From Thermoanaerobaculaceae bacterium (lineage in GTDB: Bacteria > Acidobacteriota > Thermoanaerobaculia > Multivoradales > UBA5704): a DNA stretch of 64,000 bases. A program made the position numbers and the translations under genes. The stretch covers positions 2,248,538-2,312,537 of the forward strand of contig OY970330.1 of NCBI GenBank assembly GCA_963717295.1, given 5' to 3'. This document shows, piece by piece, positions 49,201-58,560 of the stretch. How positions within the stretch are numbered: position 1 is the stretch's first letter; each line of letters starts with the position of its first letter. A model generated the notes under the pieces. That model was not told the DNA's origin. It searched no databases and worked only from the letters and a program-made list of their open reading frames with translations.

Positions 49201-51511
49201 CAATTACCGCGAGTTCATGATCGAGTACGCCGACTTCCAGCCGATGTACGAGCCGGGAAGCCCGAGCTGCCCGAACAAGAATTTCGACTGGAGCGACACG
49301 ACCCGCGCCATCAACCCGCCCGGCCGCATGGAAGCGGGCCTGCCGGACCTCTACAGCAAACCCAAGGAGTGCCCGGTCCCCGAAGGCAGCACCGTCTCCC
49401 TGCCGCCGCCCTGCCCGGAGGCCGTCTCGGCCGACGACGCCGGCATGATGGCCGTCAACTACCGCAACGAGCCGGTGGGCCTGCGGGTCCGCGATCCCTT
49501 CACCAACAGCCAGGCCGCCGGCAAGAAGGGCGACCTCTCCTTCGCCTACCAGTCGCGCACCGACCGCGCCGACGGGGCCTTCAACGTGCAGCCCGGCTAC
49601 TATCCGCCGCTGACCAGCGGCCTCCTTCCCGGCGATCCCTACACGCCGCTGCTGCGCACCTTCGAGGGTGACCAGATCAAAGTCCGCACCCTGGTCGGAG
49701 CCTTCGAGGAGTCCCACAACTTCACCATCCACGGCATGAAGTGGCTGTTCGAGCCGGACGATCCCGATTCGGGCTACCGCAACTCCCAGATGGCCGGCAT
49801 CTCCGAGTGGTTCGACTTCGAGATTCCGCGCGTGCCCAGCCTCATCGACGGCAAGTTCGCCGACTACCTCTACAAGCCGAGCGCGGCCACGGAATCGCAG
49901 TGGACCGGCGCCTGGGGCATCCTGCGCATCTACCGCAACGACACCGCCAGCCAACCGGTGACCAGCAAGTACACGCTGAAGCCATTGACCACCTACAACA
50001 CGACCTCCAGGTCGGCCACGCCGGACTCGGTCTTCGATTCCATCCCCGTGTCCCAGGCCTACGCCGAAGGAGTCCCCGGCAGCGATGTGGACACGGCCTC
50101 GCCGGTCGCGACGAGCGAATCGACCGGCACCACCGGCGTCGTCACAGGCGCGGACACGAGCAAGGCTCTTGCCAGCAGCGGAACGATCAAGATCGCCTGC
50201 CCGCCCGGCGTCCGCTACCGTAACTTCTCGATCGTCGCCGTCTCCGCCGCCGAGGTTCTGAAAAACGACCCCGGCTACCTGGGAGGCCTGGTCTACAACT
50301 CACGTGGAGGCCCAGCCTCCGCCCCGCTGTTCGACCCCACGGCCATCATGTTCGTCAACTCGACGGACCTCACCTACGTGGGCACGCCGGCGCGCCCACG
50401 GCTCAATCAGAACGTCCGCCGCGAGCCGCTCATCCTGCGCGCCACCGCGGGCGAGTGCCTCAAGGTAACGCTGAGGAACGACATCGCACCCAAGTACACC
50501 GATACCGCGGGCTACACGGGCGTCAACATGATCGTCGAGGGTTACAACCAGAACGACGTCCAGCCCTCGATGGAAGTAAGCCTCCATCCGCAGCTCGTGT
50601 TCTATGACGTGCAGCGCAGCGACGGCTCGAACGTTGGCATGAACCCCTCGTTCGGCAAGCAGACCGCGGCGCAGGGCGAGCAGAGAACCTACTACTGGTA
50701 TGCCGGCGACGTCCGGGCCGCGACCGCCGTCCCCATCGAGTACGGGGTGACGGGGCTCACCTCGGCCGATCCCATCAAGCACAGCAACAAGGGAGCCATG
50801 GGCGCTCTGATCATCGAGCCGGCGTCGGCGACGTGGGCTCTCGATCAGGACTCCAAGCTCAAGACGACCCGGGCCTCGGCCGTGGTCAGCTCGACGAGCA
50901 GCGCCTTCAAGCCCTTCCATGAGTTCGCCCTCGTCATTCAGGACGACGTCAACCTCCAGTACGCGGGCGGCACGCCGGTGCCCAACCTCGATGTGGACGA
51001 CGACCCGGAGAACAGCGGCCAGAAGGCCGTCAACTACCGCGCCGAGCCGCTCTGGTATCGCGGCGGCTGGGCTCCGGAAACACCGCTCAGCGGCAACTCC
51101 ACCACCTGGAAGACCCGCGAATTCCCGAACTTCGACCAACTCCTCCACAACAATTGGATTGGCGGCGGGGACCCCGAGACGCCGGTCTTCCAGGCCACGG
51201 CCGGTGAAGACCTCCGTTTCCGCGTCGTCCATCCGGCCGGCCACACCCAGGCGCACGTCTTCGAGGCCCAGGGTCACCCCTGGCTCGAGCGGCCCTACGT
51301 GACCGGTTCGGGCTCGACGCAGATCGGCACCAACACCACGTCGGAATGGTTCGGCACCCGGGGCGGAGTCGGCCCCAGCGACCACTTCGACGCCCTCATG
51401 CCCGACGGCGCCGGCGGTAAGTTCCAGGTCACCGGCGACTACCTCTGGCGCGACTACTCGGGCCCGCGGATGGATGCAGGCATCTGGGGAATCCTGAGGA
51501 TCGTGCCGTAA
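46241..51511 (+). CDS. Giant multicopper oxidase, MnxG-like (paralog 2)
   Basis: HHIFHLHAHQW, FHCHFYPHFAQGM, QHIHLVKFD and FTHDHFGPSTHQ motifs; colinear with paralog 1; 1756 aa. Confidence 0.88.
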   Translation: MGTQRRLLSVGFATLGLALLGAVSAHGQAAPAGCAAVTYANVVALDQPWSWNRFGAIEPQGMMYALRRDVVPTSDVDGLPDANVVYTLNAGQVALRRDKRPRPLVLRVNAGDCLHILFTNLLTPGPVTSDRDEQPATRNASMHFVGLEAVKSISDMGANVGKNPPAGNGIVAPNGSIEYWLYAPKEGTYTFYSTGAMTGGEGDSGSISAGLFGAVNVEPAGSVWYRSQVTRDDLNLARTDKYDNAQDSFPTIDYNATYKAPSRYVGLPILLMTKGNEIVHSDLTAIIAGPASSGYLLSGVTSTNTYPNRNQPFREFSIIFHDEIGAVQAFPQFETDDLNFTLRSVRDAFAINYGTGGAGAEILANRVGVGPARDCPECKYEEFFLSSWALGDPAMVVDKPANAPCTAADIKNAKLGCYTTGTKASIAYYPDDPSNVYHSYLSDHVKFRNNHAGSDDHHIFHLHAHQWVHTPNSDLSSYKDSQSIGQGAGYTYEIAYGGTGNRNKTVGDSIFHCHFYPHFAQGMWSLWRAHDVLELGTRLDDKGHPVAGSRALPDNEIVTGTPIPAIVPIPVLAMAPLPGPVSIVAGQAVLPNPVTANPGYPFFVPGVAGRRAPHPPKDFATVGGVPIDGGLPRHVVLNGTALSAETRYDMEKIITTANVRWLNEQGEPVEQVAMGFHSTANHNTFTPLGAAAIFKTNGHPAKQGAPYADPCWDDNGNPITDMRYYKAADMQLDIKFNKAGWHFPQSRILALWGDVNSLLAGTKAPEPFFFRANSGQCIEFWHTNLVPNKYVLDDFQVTTPTDVLGQHIHLVKFDVTSSDGSGNGWNYEDGSFGGEEVQERICAIRQAQPGRCGEAVAGKCTFGGVATQSCPVPKTHPFFNQARNADCDDHDDFLGAQTTVQRWWADPITNLDNSKRTLRTVFTHDHFGPSTHQQAGLYAGLIIEPPGTTWYNNETGVQLGTNSGPGLSNDGGPTTWQAVVEGAARKDNYREFMIEYADFQPMYEPGSPSCPNKNFDWSDTTRAINPPGRMEAGLPDLYSKPKECPVPEGSTVSLPPPCPEAVSADDAGMMAVNYRNEPVGLRVRDPFTNSQAAGKKGDLSFAYQSRTDRADGAFNVQPGYYPPLTSGLLPGDPYTPLLRTFEGDQIKVRTLVGAFEESHNFTIHGMKWLFEPDDPDSGYRNSQMAGISEWFDFEIPRVPSLIDGKFADYLYKPSAATESQWTGAWGILRIYRNDTASQPVTSKYTLKPLTTYNTTSRSATPDSVFDSIPVSQAYAEGVPGSDVDTASPVATSESTGTTGVVTGADTSKALASSGTIKIACPPGVRYRNFSIVAVSAAEVLKNDPGYLGGLVYNSRGGPASAPLFDPTAIMFVNSTDLTYVGTPARPRLNQNVRREPLILRATAGECLKVTLRNDIAPKYTDTAGYTGVNMIVEGYNQNDVQPSMEVSLHPQLVFYDVQRSDGSNVGMNPSFGKQTAAQGEQRTYYWYAGDVRAATAVPIEYGVTGLTSADPIKHSNKGAMGALIIEPASATWALDQDSKLKTTRASAVVSSTSSAFKPFHEFALVIQDDVNLQYAGGTPVPNLDVDDDPENSGQKAVNYRAEPLWYRGGWAPETPLSGNSTTWKTREFPNFDQLLHNNWIGGGDPETPVFQATAGEDLRFRVVHPAGHTQAHVFEAQGHPWLERPYVTGSGSTQIGTNTTSEWFGTRGGVGPSDHFDALMPDGAGGKFQVTGDYLWRDYSGPRMDAGIWGILRIVP

Positions 51512-51549
51512 GAGACAACCGAAGCTCCATGCAGTAAGTCCGTCACTCC

Positions 51550-51582
51550 GGCGGCCGGTTCCTCCCGGCCGCCTATTTTTTT
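51550..51582 (+). terminator. Rho-independent terminator
   Basis: GGCGGCCGG-TTCCTC-CCGGCCGCC followed by a T-tract. Confidence 0.85.
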
Positions 51583-51610
51583 GGGCACCAGAAACCCATA
51601 CACAGGATGA

Positions 51611-51702
51611 AGAAGGACAACAAGGACTGCAAAGACATCAAGGACAGAAATGCCGGCATTCAGCCCAGTATCTCTTGTCCCTGCAGTCCTTGAGGTCCCT
51701 GG
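51611..51702. repeat. Inverted pair of 9-bp AAGGACNNN tandem repeats
   Basis: AAGGACAAC AAGGACTGC AAAGACATC AAGGACAG ... TTGTCCCTG CAGTCCTTG AGGTCCCTG. Confidence 0.6.
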
Positions 51703-51856
51703 TTCGTCTTTGCTGGCGCGCAGTCTCCTACTACGAGGGTGCGCGGCAGAAACGCCGTCCTCTCAGCGAAGGACGTAGAGACGTTCCCAGCCCGTCCACG
51801 ACGCCCTCCGCAGTCCAATATCGGCGGGACGTCTCCCGCCGCGGGAGCCAATCCCG

Positions 51857-52079
51857 CCAAGAATGTAGAGACGCCCCGTTTCGGGGGGAACCCCCGATGG
51901 GGGCGTCTCCCGGATCGGCGGCAACGGTCCAAAAAGAAGGGATCGTCCCGGCAGAACCACGTCGGCCCAGGGCGACCGAATGCCCGCGGAACCGTTTTCG
52001 AGAGATGAGAGGACGTCTCCGCCTCGGAGACGCCCCCATCCGGGGTTCCCCCCGAAACGGAGCGTCTCTACATTCTTGG
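51857..52079. repeat. REPIN: inverted pair of GTAG-type REP elements
   Basis: CCAAGAATGTAGAGACGCCCC..GGGGCGTCTCC (51857-51910) and near-perfect reverse complement (52026-52079); partial third copy at ~51775. Confidence 0.85.
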
Positions 52080-52113
52080 GGGTAAGGTCGGCGGTGGCGG
52101 TCGCCTCTCACCC

Positions 52114-52193
52114 CAAGGCTCCACCGGGGCGACCGCGACGCGCCCTTTACCCTCGGGAGCTTTCCGCCCGCGCTTCCCATCGTCGCTGGATAA
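52114..52193 (+). mobile_element. Remnant of the RAYT-like transposase 3' end
   Basis: Translates RLHRGDRDAPFTLGSFPPALPIVAG*, matching the end of 9506-9895. Confidence 0.7.
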
Positions 52194-52330
52194 CGAGGTA
52201 GGCCTAGATAGATAAGTCTTGATTCCGAGTTCTACCGCGTTGTCAATTGCGATCATTGCCAAGTGGCGATTCTTGTCGTCGCTGTCGGACCGTAAAAGGG
52301 TCAAGCCAGCTCAAGCAAACTCAGTGTGGT

Positions 52331-53151
52331 CTATCGTCTGCATGCCATACACATCCTCCACCTCTCATTTTCATAAGAAAACGCGGCGAAGGATTTGATT
52401 CTTTGGGTTTTTCCGAAGAGGCCCATGGTCAGTTCCGTGGGTACAAAATCGTACTCAATGGCCACGTGAGCGGGGTCTACGATCTTACTGGTTAATATCT
52501 TGGGGTTTTTAAAATTCACAAAGCGAAATCCAGCTAAGCCTCCGGAAACCTCATAGTACTTACTCTGTTTGGCCCTGGCGGTAAAAACTTGCTGTTCACT
52601 GTCGGTTCGAATATAACCATGCTCCGTCAGGAACTGCCTCAGAGGCACCGAGTACGTGCTAACAAGCTGAGCCTTGTCGTTGTCCCCCTTATCCATTGGA
52701 TCGTAGCAGGCATGGCAAGTTAGAAGGGTGTTATCGACCGTCGGCATGTTAATGTTCTGGATGAGAATTCTTTGCGCCAGTGCCAGTGTGAAATGAGGCG
52801 CAGGCGCAGGCTGTTGCAACCCCGGTAATATCTGGTTGGTTCACCCCCCATGCCATGATCACGGGTTAGTATGTTTGGTGCAATTAGAGTCAAAGCTCCG
52901 CCTAGACAAATAAACTCCTTGCCTTGTTCCCATGCCCCTAGCTTGCCCTCTTCAATATGCCATGTGCCGCCATAAAAGGTGCCTTCCGAACACACACCGC
53001 TCGGGAGGAATTCAATGTAGCTCTTCCGATCGCTTGACCACCACTTTCCGACGACCTTTTTATTGATGTCTGCGATTTTCTGGGGTGTTTGCGCCAGCAG
53101 TGGTACGGCTATAAGAGCAACCAATAATAGCATCCATTTTATCTTGCTCAT
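52331..53151 (-). pseudogene. Secreted hypothetical protein split by a frameshift near 52820
   Basis: Overlapping ORFs 52720-53151 (signal peptide, RBS AAGGAG) and 52331-52819 join at a G-run; low GC. Confidence 0.6.
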
Positions 53152-53189
53152 AGCCTCTCCTTAAAGTCCAGATGCAATCACCGGTGTCT

Positions 53190-53216
53190 GTCCAACGGCT
53201 GTGGCACTCACCTGCG
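53190..53216 (-). other. 3' half of an attC-like site
   Basis: Minus strand CGCAGGTGAGTGCCACAGCCGTTGGAC, 39 bp before the start at 53151. Confidence 0.55.
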
Positions 53217-53450
53217 ATCCGCTCGACGTGCGACAGTCGTCAGGCCGCCGTAACCTTGGATTCACCGTCTAATCGCCCGAGCCCCCAACCAGCCATCACG
53301 TTTCTGGGCAGCGATATGTGGCGAGCGGTGACTATAGTAGCTCTATCTCCTTCTTTTCTTGCAGCTTAGGTTTAGGCTACCGCTGAACTGTATTCGCGTC
53401 AATGCCATGCGGAATGTCGTATAAGCAAATGGGCGACTGACGTTCTGGAG

Positions 53451-53819
53451 AGAACCCCGCGCGAGCACACGCTTGGCACTTGGGGAAAGCTGACGACGAC
53501 GGTCACTCCCGAGGTGACGATGGACCTTCCTCGCCTGGAGGCTCTGCGCGTGAAGCTCGTCGAGACCGAGGCGGAAGCCGGCCGGCTCGTCAGGGAGCGG
53601 GACTACCACCGGGCTCAGAAGCAGGAGGCCACCCGGAAGCTTCAGGCGACGCTGGAGGATGGGCGCAGGACGGCGCACGCTCCGCAAACCGGGCTCCGGC
53701 TCCATTTCGGCCCGACGAGCGAAAAGCTCGCCGCCTTCGGCATGAAGCCCTTTCGTGGCCGCAAACATTCCAAGACGACGGCCTCTCCCGACGACGCCTC
53801 GAGAAATTCCGGCGGCTAA
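53451..53819 (+). pseudogene. 5'-truncated copy of the PFRGRK-family gene 55736-56119
   Basis: Near-identical nucleotide sequence; lacks the start codon, the leader and the downstream array. Confidence 0.75.
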
Positions 53820-53860
53820 AAAAGAAACTGGCTCCTGTCCTGGCTCGTCGCGATCAACTC

Positions 53861-54253
53861 CTATTCTGGCTTCTGTTTTGGCTTGAGCGTCTTGCGTATC
53901 TCTCGTCTTGAGGCTTCAGCAGAGGCGGCTGCGAGTCCAAATGCGGTGAACAACGGATCTAGCGAGCCATTAGCGGGGTTCTTATACCAGTGGAATAAGG
54001 TCATCAGGCCAAGCAATGAAAACGTTCCCGCAGATCCCCAAGCTATCCCAAGCAACACGGCTGACAAGATATTTCTAACATCCCTACCCAATAGCCCAGC
54101 TATCATCGCGATCCCGGTTACCGAAGCGGGCAACAGAAAAAGCGCAGTGAACATCGTGGGCGAAATGGGCACACCATCTGTGGCACTTCCATACTGAATA
54201 AAGAGACAGGCGAAGGTAGTGAACGCCGCGAGCGTCTCGATAGCATTTTCCAT
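53861..54253 (-). CDS. Hypothetical membrane protein (~4 TM)
   Basis: RBS GAGGAG; hydrophobic segments; low GC. Confidence 0.65.
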   Translation of the reverse strand: MENAIETLAAFTTFACLFIQYGSATDGVPISPTMFTALFLLPASVTGIAMIAGLLGRDVRNILSAVLLGIAWGSAGTFSLLGLMTLFHWYKNPANGSLDPLFTAFGLAAASAEASRREIRKTLKPKQKPE

Positions 54254-54359
54254 GTGGTATATCTCCTCAGGATTGAAGTCTCACGTTGCATCCGCCCCAC
54301 AGACTACGCCGCCGTATCAGCTTGGAACGGGATATCAAGCTGAGAGAGGTCGCTGTTGC

Positions 54360-55058
54360 TCAAAGATTATCAGCGCGTTCCCTCTGATCCATGGCGATGT
54401 AATAGTTAAGTTCATCTTGTGGCAGCCATTCTATGGCGACCTCTTCCCTGCCGCCGACATGATATACGACGACTTCAGTGTAGAATAAATAGACTTCTTG
54501 TGGAATCAGATAGAATCGGACTTGGCCTTCGTCGTAAGTATGGAGGTCGTGATATCGGCCGACGCACTTGAATGAGAGTGGAGACTTGGGAAGAAAGTAG
54601 ATGTAGCTGTGCTTCTCTTTGAGATTCGCCCTGACAGCCTGGAAGATCTCACCCTCGGTATTGAGGTCGTTGGTCAGGTCGATGCTGAAGACCCAAGTCC
54701 GATTCGATCCGAACTCCACCGAGCGGATATAGCGTTCGTTCACTATCCATCCTAAATGCTGGGCCTGAATGATCTGTGTCAGATCCCTGATTCTCTCATC
54801 GATCTCTTGATTCCTCGTTACGCTACCGAACACTGCACCTAATGCAAGATTGAGTACCAGCAAGAGGAGCATAACAGTCGCAGCAATTATGAGGACGTCT
54901 GTCTTGATGTGCCCTCTACCCCATTGCCACAATTCCGCGATCAATATCGTCCCCGACGTAGTAAAGAAAAATGACCAATGGATGCTGAAAAAAAGCTCTG
55001 ATTCGCTCAGCGAGCATCTTGTTCTTTGACTTCGTAGTGGCAAGTATCGGCACGGCAC
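54360..55058 (-). CDS. Hypothetical 2-TM protein with soluble C-terminal domain (probable frameshift near 54968)
   Basis: Low GC. An alternative N-terminus (VPILATTKSKNKMLAERIRAFFQHPLVI) after RBS GAGGAGG joins the ORF at a T-run. Confidence 0.55.
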   Translation of the reverse strand: MPCRYLPLRSQRTRCSLSESELFFSIHWSFFFTTSGTILIAELWQWGRGHIKTDVLIIAATVMLLLLVLNLALGAVFGSVTRNQEIDERIRDLTQIIQAQHLGWIVNERYIRSVEFGSNRTWVFSIDLTNDLNTEGEIFQAVRANLKEKHSYIYFLPKSPLSFKCVGRYHDLHTYDEGQVRFYLIPQEVYLFYTEVVVYHVGGREEVAIEWLPQDELNYYIAMDQRERADNL

Positions 55059-55460
55059 ACCCTCCTCGGAAATGTCAGTGATACGCGACGGTGAGTCAGG
55101 AAGTTGGAGTGAGAACGGTAGCCACGCGAACTAATCCCAGAACTTCACCGACTTCCGGAGAGCACCAATGACGATTGCGCTCCCTACCGTAGGCGACGCC
55201 CATCTCAGCACTGCTGGCCCCAAGAGACCAACTTTGAAGTCACCGGCTAACCACCCGGTCCCAGCCAACCATCACGACGACTTCTGAGCTTGGCAAACAT
55301 CACGGAGAGCGGTGACGAGTATCTCTACCTTTTTGGTGCAGCTTAGGTATAGGCTACCGCTGAACCGTATTCGCGTCAATGCCATGCGGAATGTTGTATA
55401 AGCAAGTGGGCGGATGAAACTTTGTGGTGGCGCGGCTCCTCTCTTCGCCCATGCTCTCGA

Positions 55461-55562
55461 TATCGCGGCCCTTCAGGCCGCATCTCTTGGACCGGCATAG
55501 TACCCAGGGCGATGCCCTGGGCTTAAGGATCACGACCCTTTGGGCCGTCCTGCCGACGCCTG
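55461..55562 (+). repeat. ~100-bp REP/MITE-like leader
   Basis: Matches 15112-15217. Confidence 0.8.
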
Positions 55563-55735
55563 GGCGATTCGCCAACTCCGCGACGACGGGGCTCTGGGGG
55601 CGCTGCCCCGCTCCCCCCGATCGAGTTGACCCTGCGAGGCCCGCGTAGGGCGAAGCCGAGGCAGAGCATGCCCCGGAGAACGCCCCCCGCCCGTGCTACC
55701 ATTCCCACCCTGAACCAACCCGAGGAGACACGATC

Positions 55736-56119
55736 ATGCCCAGGACCCCGCGCGAGCACACGCTCGGCACTTGGGGAACGCTGACGACGACGGTCACTCC
55801 CGAGGTGACGAAGGACCTTCCGCATCTGGAGGTCATGCGCGTGAAGCTCGTCGAGACCGAGGCGGAAGCCGACCGGCTCGTCAGGGAGCGGGACTACTAC
55901 CGGGCACAAAAGCAGGAGGCCACCCGGAAGCTTCAGGCGACGCTGGAGGATGGACGCAGGACGGCGCACGCTCTGCAAACCGGGCTCCGGCTCCATTTCG
56001 GCCCGACGAGCGAAAAGCTCGCCGCCTTCGGCATGAAGCCCTTTCGGGGCCGCAAACGTGCCAAGACGACGGCCTCTCCCGACGACGCCTCGGGGAATGC
56101 CGGCGGCGAGACTCCATAA
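55736..56119 (+). CDS. Hypothetical helical protein ending in EKLAAFGMKPFRGRKRAK
   Basis: RBS GAGGAG; 127 aa; paralog of 15345-15731. Confidence 0.85.
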   Translation: MPRTPREHTLGTWGTLTTTVTPEVTKDLPHLEVMRVKLVETEAEADRLVRERDYYRAQKQEATRKLQATLEDGRRTAHALQTGLRLHFGPTSEKLAAFGMKPFRGRKRAKTTASPDDASGNAGGETP

Positions 56120-56197
56120 CCTTCCGGCGGCTCGGCGACCTGATCGCACCGCTCGGCATCCCCATCCGGCGTCACAACGTCTCCTTCCCTCGTCGTC

Positions 56198-56545
56198 TTG
56201 GAAGGCGGGAAAGCCTCTTTCCCGCCTTCCAACGTGACATTGGATCGATCCGGAGGCGCATTGGATCGGGGGAAAGCTTCTTTCCCTCCTTCCGGCGTGA
56301 CTCCGAAACCTCCATCGAGCCGCTGGATCCAGGGAAAGAACCTTTCCCTTCTTCCGATGAAGCGTCGGATCGAGACGGCACGGCGTCGGAGAGGGGAAAG
56401 AAGCTTTCCCCCTCTCCGGTGTGACCCCGGAACCTTACGACGAGACGTTGGATCGAGGGAGAGACTCTTTCCCTGCTTCCAACGAAGCGCCGGATCGATA
56501 CGGCCAGACGTCAGATCAAGGAAAAGAAGCTTTCCCTCCTTCCGG
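56198..56545. repeat. Tandem array of 6 x ~63-bp units with palindromic core GGGAAAG-NNN-CTTTCCC
   Basis: Cores at 56207, 56270, 56332, 56394, 56457 and 56520. Confidence 0.85.
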
Positions 56546-56630
56546 AGAGGCGACGGCTCCCACCGGCCAATCCTCCGCAACTTCCTCCCTGGCCTTCCGT
56601 ACTCCGGGAAGGCCAACGGAGGATCTCGCC

Positions 56631-58548
56631 ATGCAGGGTCGTCTTGTCCCGACCGTCCTCGCGCTTGCGGCGCTCGCAGCAGTAAGCGCCCCGAGCCTTC
56701 ACGCCGCCGGTCCGGCAGCCATCCCCGAGCCGGAGCTTTTCGGCGAGGGAGTCCTCTCGACGCAGGCCGACGAGCTTGGGGCGGCTTTCACGCCGGATGG
56801 CAGGACTGTCTACTTCACGTTGCGTTCGCCCACGACGACGACTCCCGCCCTGACGGCGATCTGTGTCTCGCATCTCGCCGGCGGTCGTTGGAGCGAGCCG
56901 GAGGTGGCGCCTTTCTCCGGCCGCTTCAACGATTCGAGCCCCACGATCTCGCCGGACGGCAAGCGACTCTTCTTCGCCTCGGATCGCCCGGCCCCCGGCA
57001 AGACGGCGACGCCCAAGCCGGACGACCCGCCCGACATCGACCTGTGGGTGATGGAGCGCACGGCGGACGGCTGGAGCGAGCCGCGCAATCTGGGCGCGCC
57101 GGTGAATACGCCGGCCATCGAGACGAGCCCCGCGGTCGCCGCCGACGGCACTCTCTACTTCGCCTCCAGCCGGCCCGGCGGCAAGGGCAGCCTCGACCTC
57201 TACCGCTCGCGATTCGTCGATGGCCGGTACACCGAGCCCGAGCCCCTGGCGGAGATCAACACGGCAGCCTACGAGGGACAGCCGGCCATCGCGCCGGACC
57301 AGAGTCTCCTCGTCTTCGCCGCGGCCGGCCGTCCGGACGGACTGGCCGGCGGCGGCTTTCCCTACCCCAAGGGCGATCTCTACGTGAGCTTCCGGACCGG
57401 CACGGGCTGGAGCGCTCCCCAGTTGCTGCCGCCGCCCATCAACTCCAAGGCTTCGGATTCGAACCCCAGCTTCTCGCCGGACAGCCGCTGGCTCTTCTTC
57501 ACCAGCGAGCGCAGCCCGTTCACGGTGCCCATGCCGCACCCTCTCCGGGGCCATGAGATGGCGGATCGACTGCACGGCACCTTGAGCGGCTCGGGCAATC
57601 TTTACCGGATCGACCTTGCCGCAATCCGCGCTTTCGCTCCCTCCGCCGCGAAGCCCGAAGCCAGTCCGGACCCCATCCTTGCTCCACAGCTTTGGGGCGA
57701 GGGGGTGATCTCGACCCGCGACGACGAGTTCGGCGCCCAGCTCACGGAGGAATGGCGACACGGTGTTTTTCGATCGCACCGTACCGCGCAATCAGCTCTA
57801 TACGATTCACGTGTCCCACTTCGCCGGCGGCCGCTGGAGCCCGCCCGAGGTGGCGCCGTTCAGCGGCACGTGGCGCGATTCGGACCCCGTGCTCTCCGGC
57901 GACGGCTCTCGGATGTTCTTCGTCTCCGACCGCCCGCGCCAGGACAAGCCGGTGCAGGATTTCGACATCTGGTACGTCGAGCGCACCGCCGCCGGCTGGA
58001 GCTCCGAGGCCCGGCACCTGGAAGGGCCGCCGAACAGCGAGGGGAACGAGTACTTCGCCTCCAGCACCCGCGACGGCACGCTCTATTTCACTTCGAACCG
58101 TCCGGGGAGCAAGGGCGGAATCGTCGTCTGGCGCTCGCGCCTGGTGGACGGCCACTACATCGAGCCGGAGAACCTGGGGGACGCGATCAATGCTCCCGGC
58201 CGGGTCAACATCGAGGCCCTGGTGGCCCCGGACGAGAGCTTTCTGCTGGTCGGCGCCTTCGGCCATCCCGACGGTCTCGGCGACTGCGACCTCTTCGTGA
58301 GCTGGCGCAAGGACGGCGTCTGGCAGCCCCTCCAGAACCTCGGCCCCAGGGTCAACAGCGTGGCCCGTGACTACAGCCCGCGCCTCTCTCCCGATGGCCG
58401 CTACCTCTTCTTCGCCAGCGAACGGGGCCTGCCCAACCAGGAACGCCGGCCCGGGACCTATCGCGAGCTGATCGCCGCCATGCAAGGCACGCTGAACGGG
58501 CTCGGCAACATCTACCGGATCGACTTGAAGGCGGCCCTGGGAAAGTAG
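56631..58548 (+). CDS. Secreted tandem PD40/TolB-like beta-propeller protein (one-base frameshift near 57750)
   Basis: SPDGKRLFFASDR and SPDGRYLFFASER repeats in two homologous halves. Removing one A at ~57750 gives LTEDGDTVFFDR. Confidence 0.8.
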
Positions 58549-58560
58549 ATACTCCCCGGC

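Noticed and set aside
36294-49954. Very long antisense ORFs (930, 701 and 1243 aa) opposite the MCO genes
   Set aside because: Shadow ORFs expected from high GC at third codon positions; no motifs.
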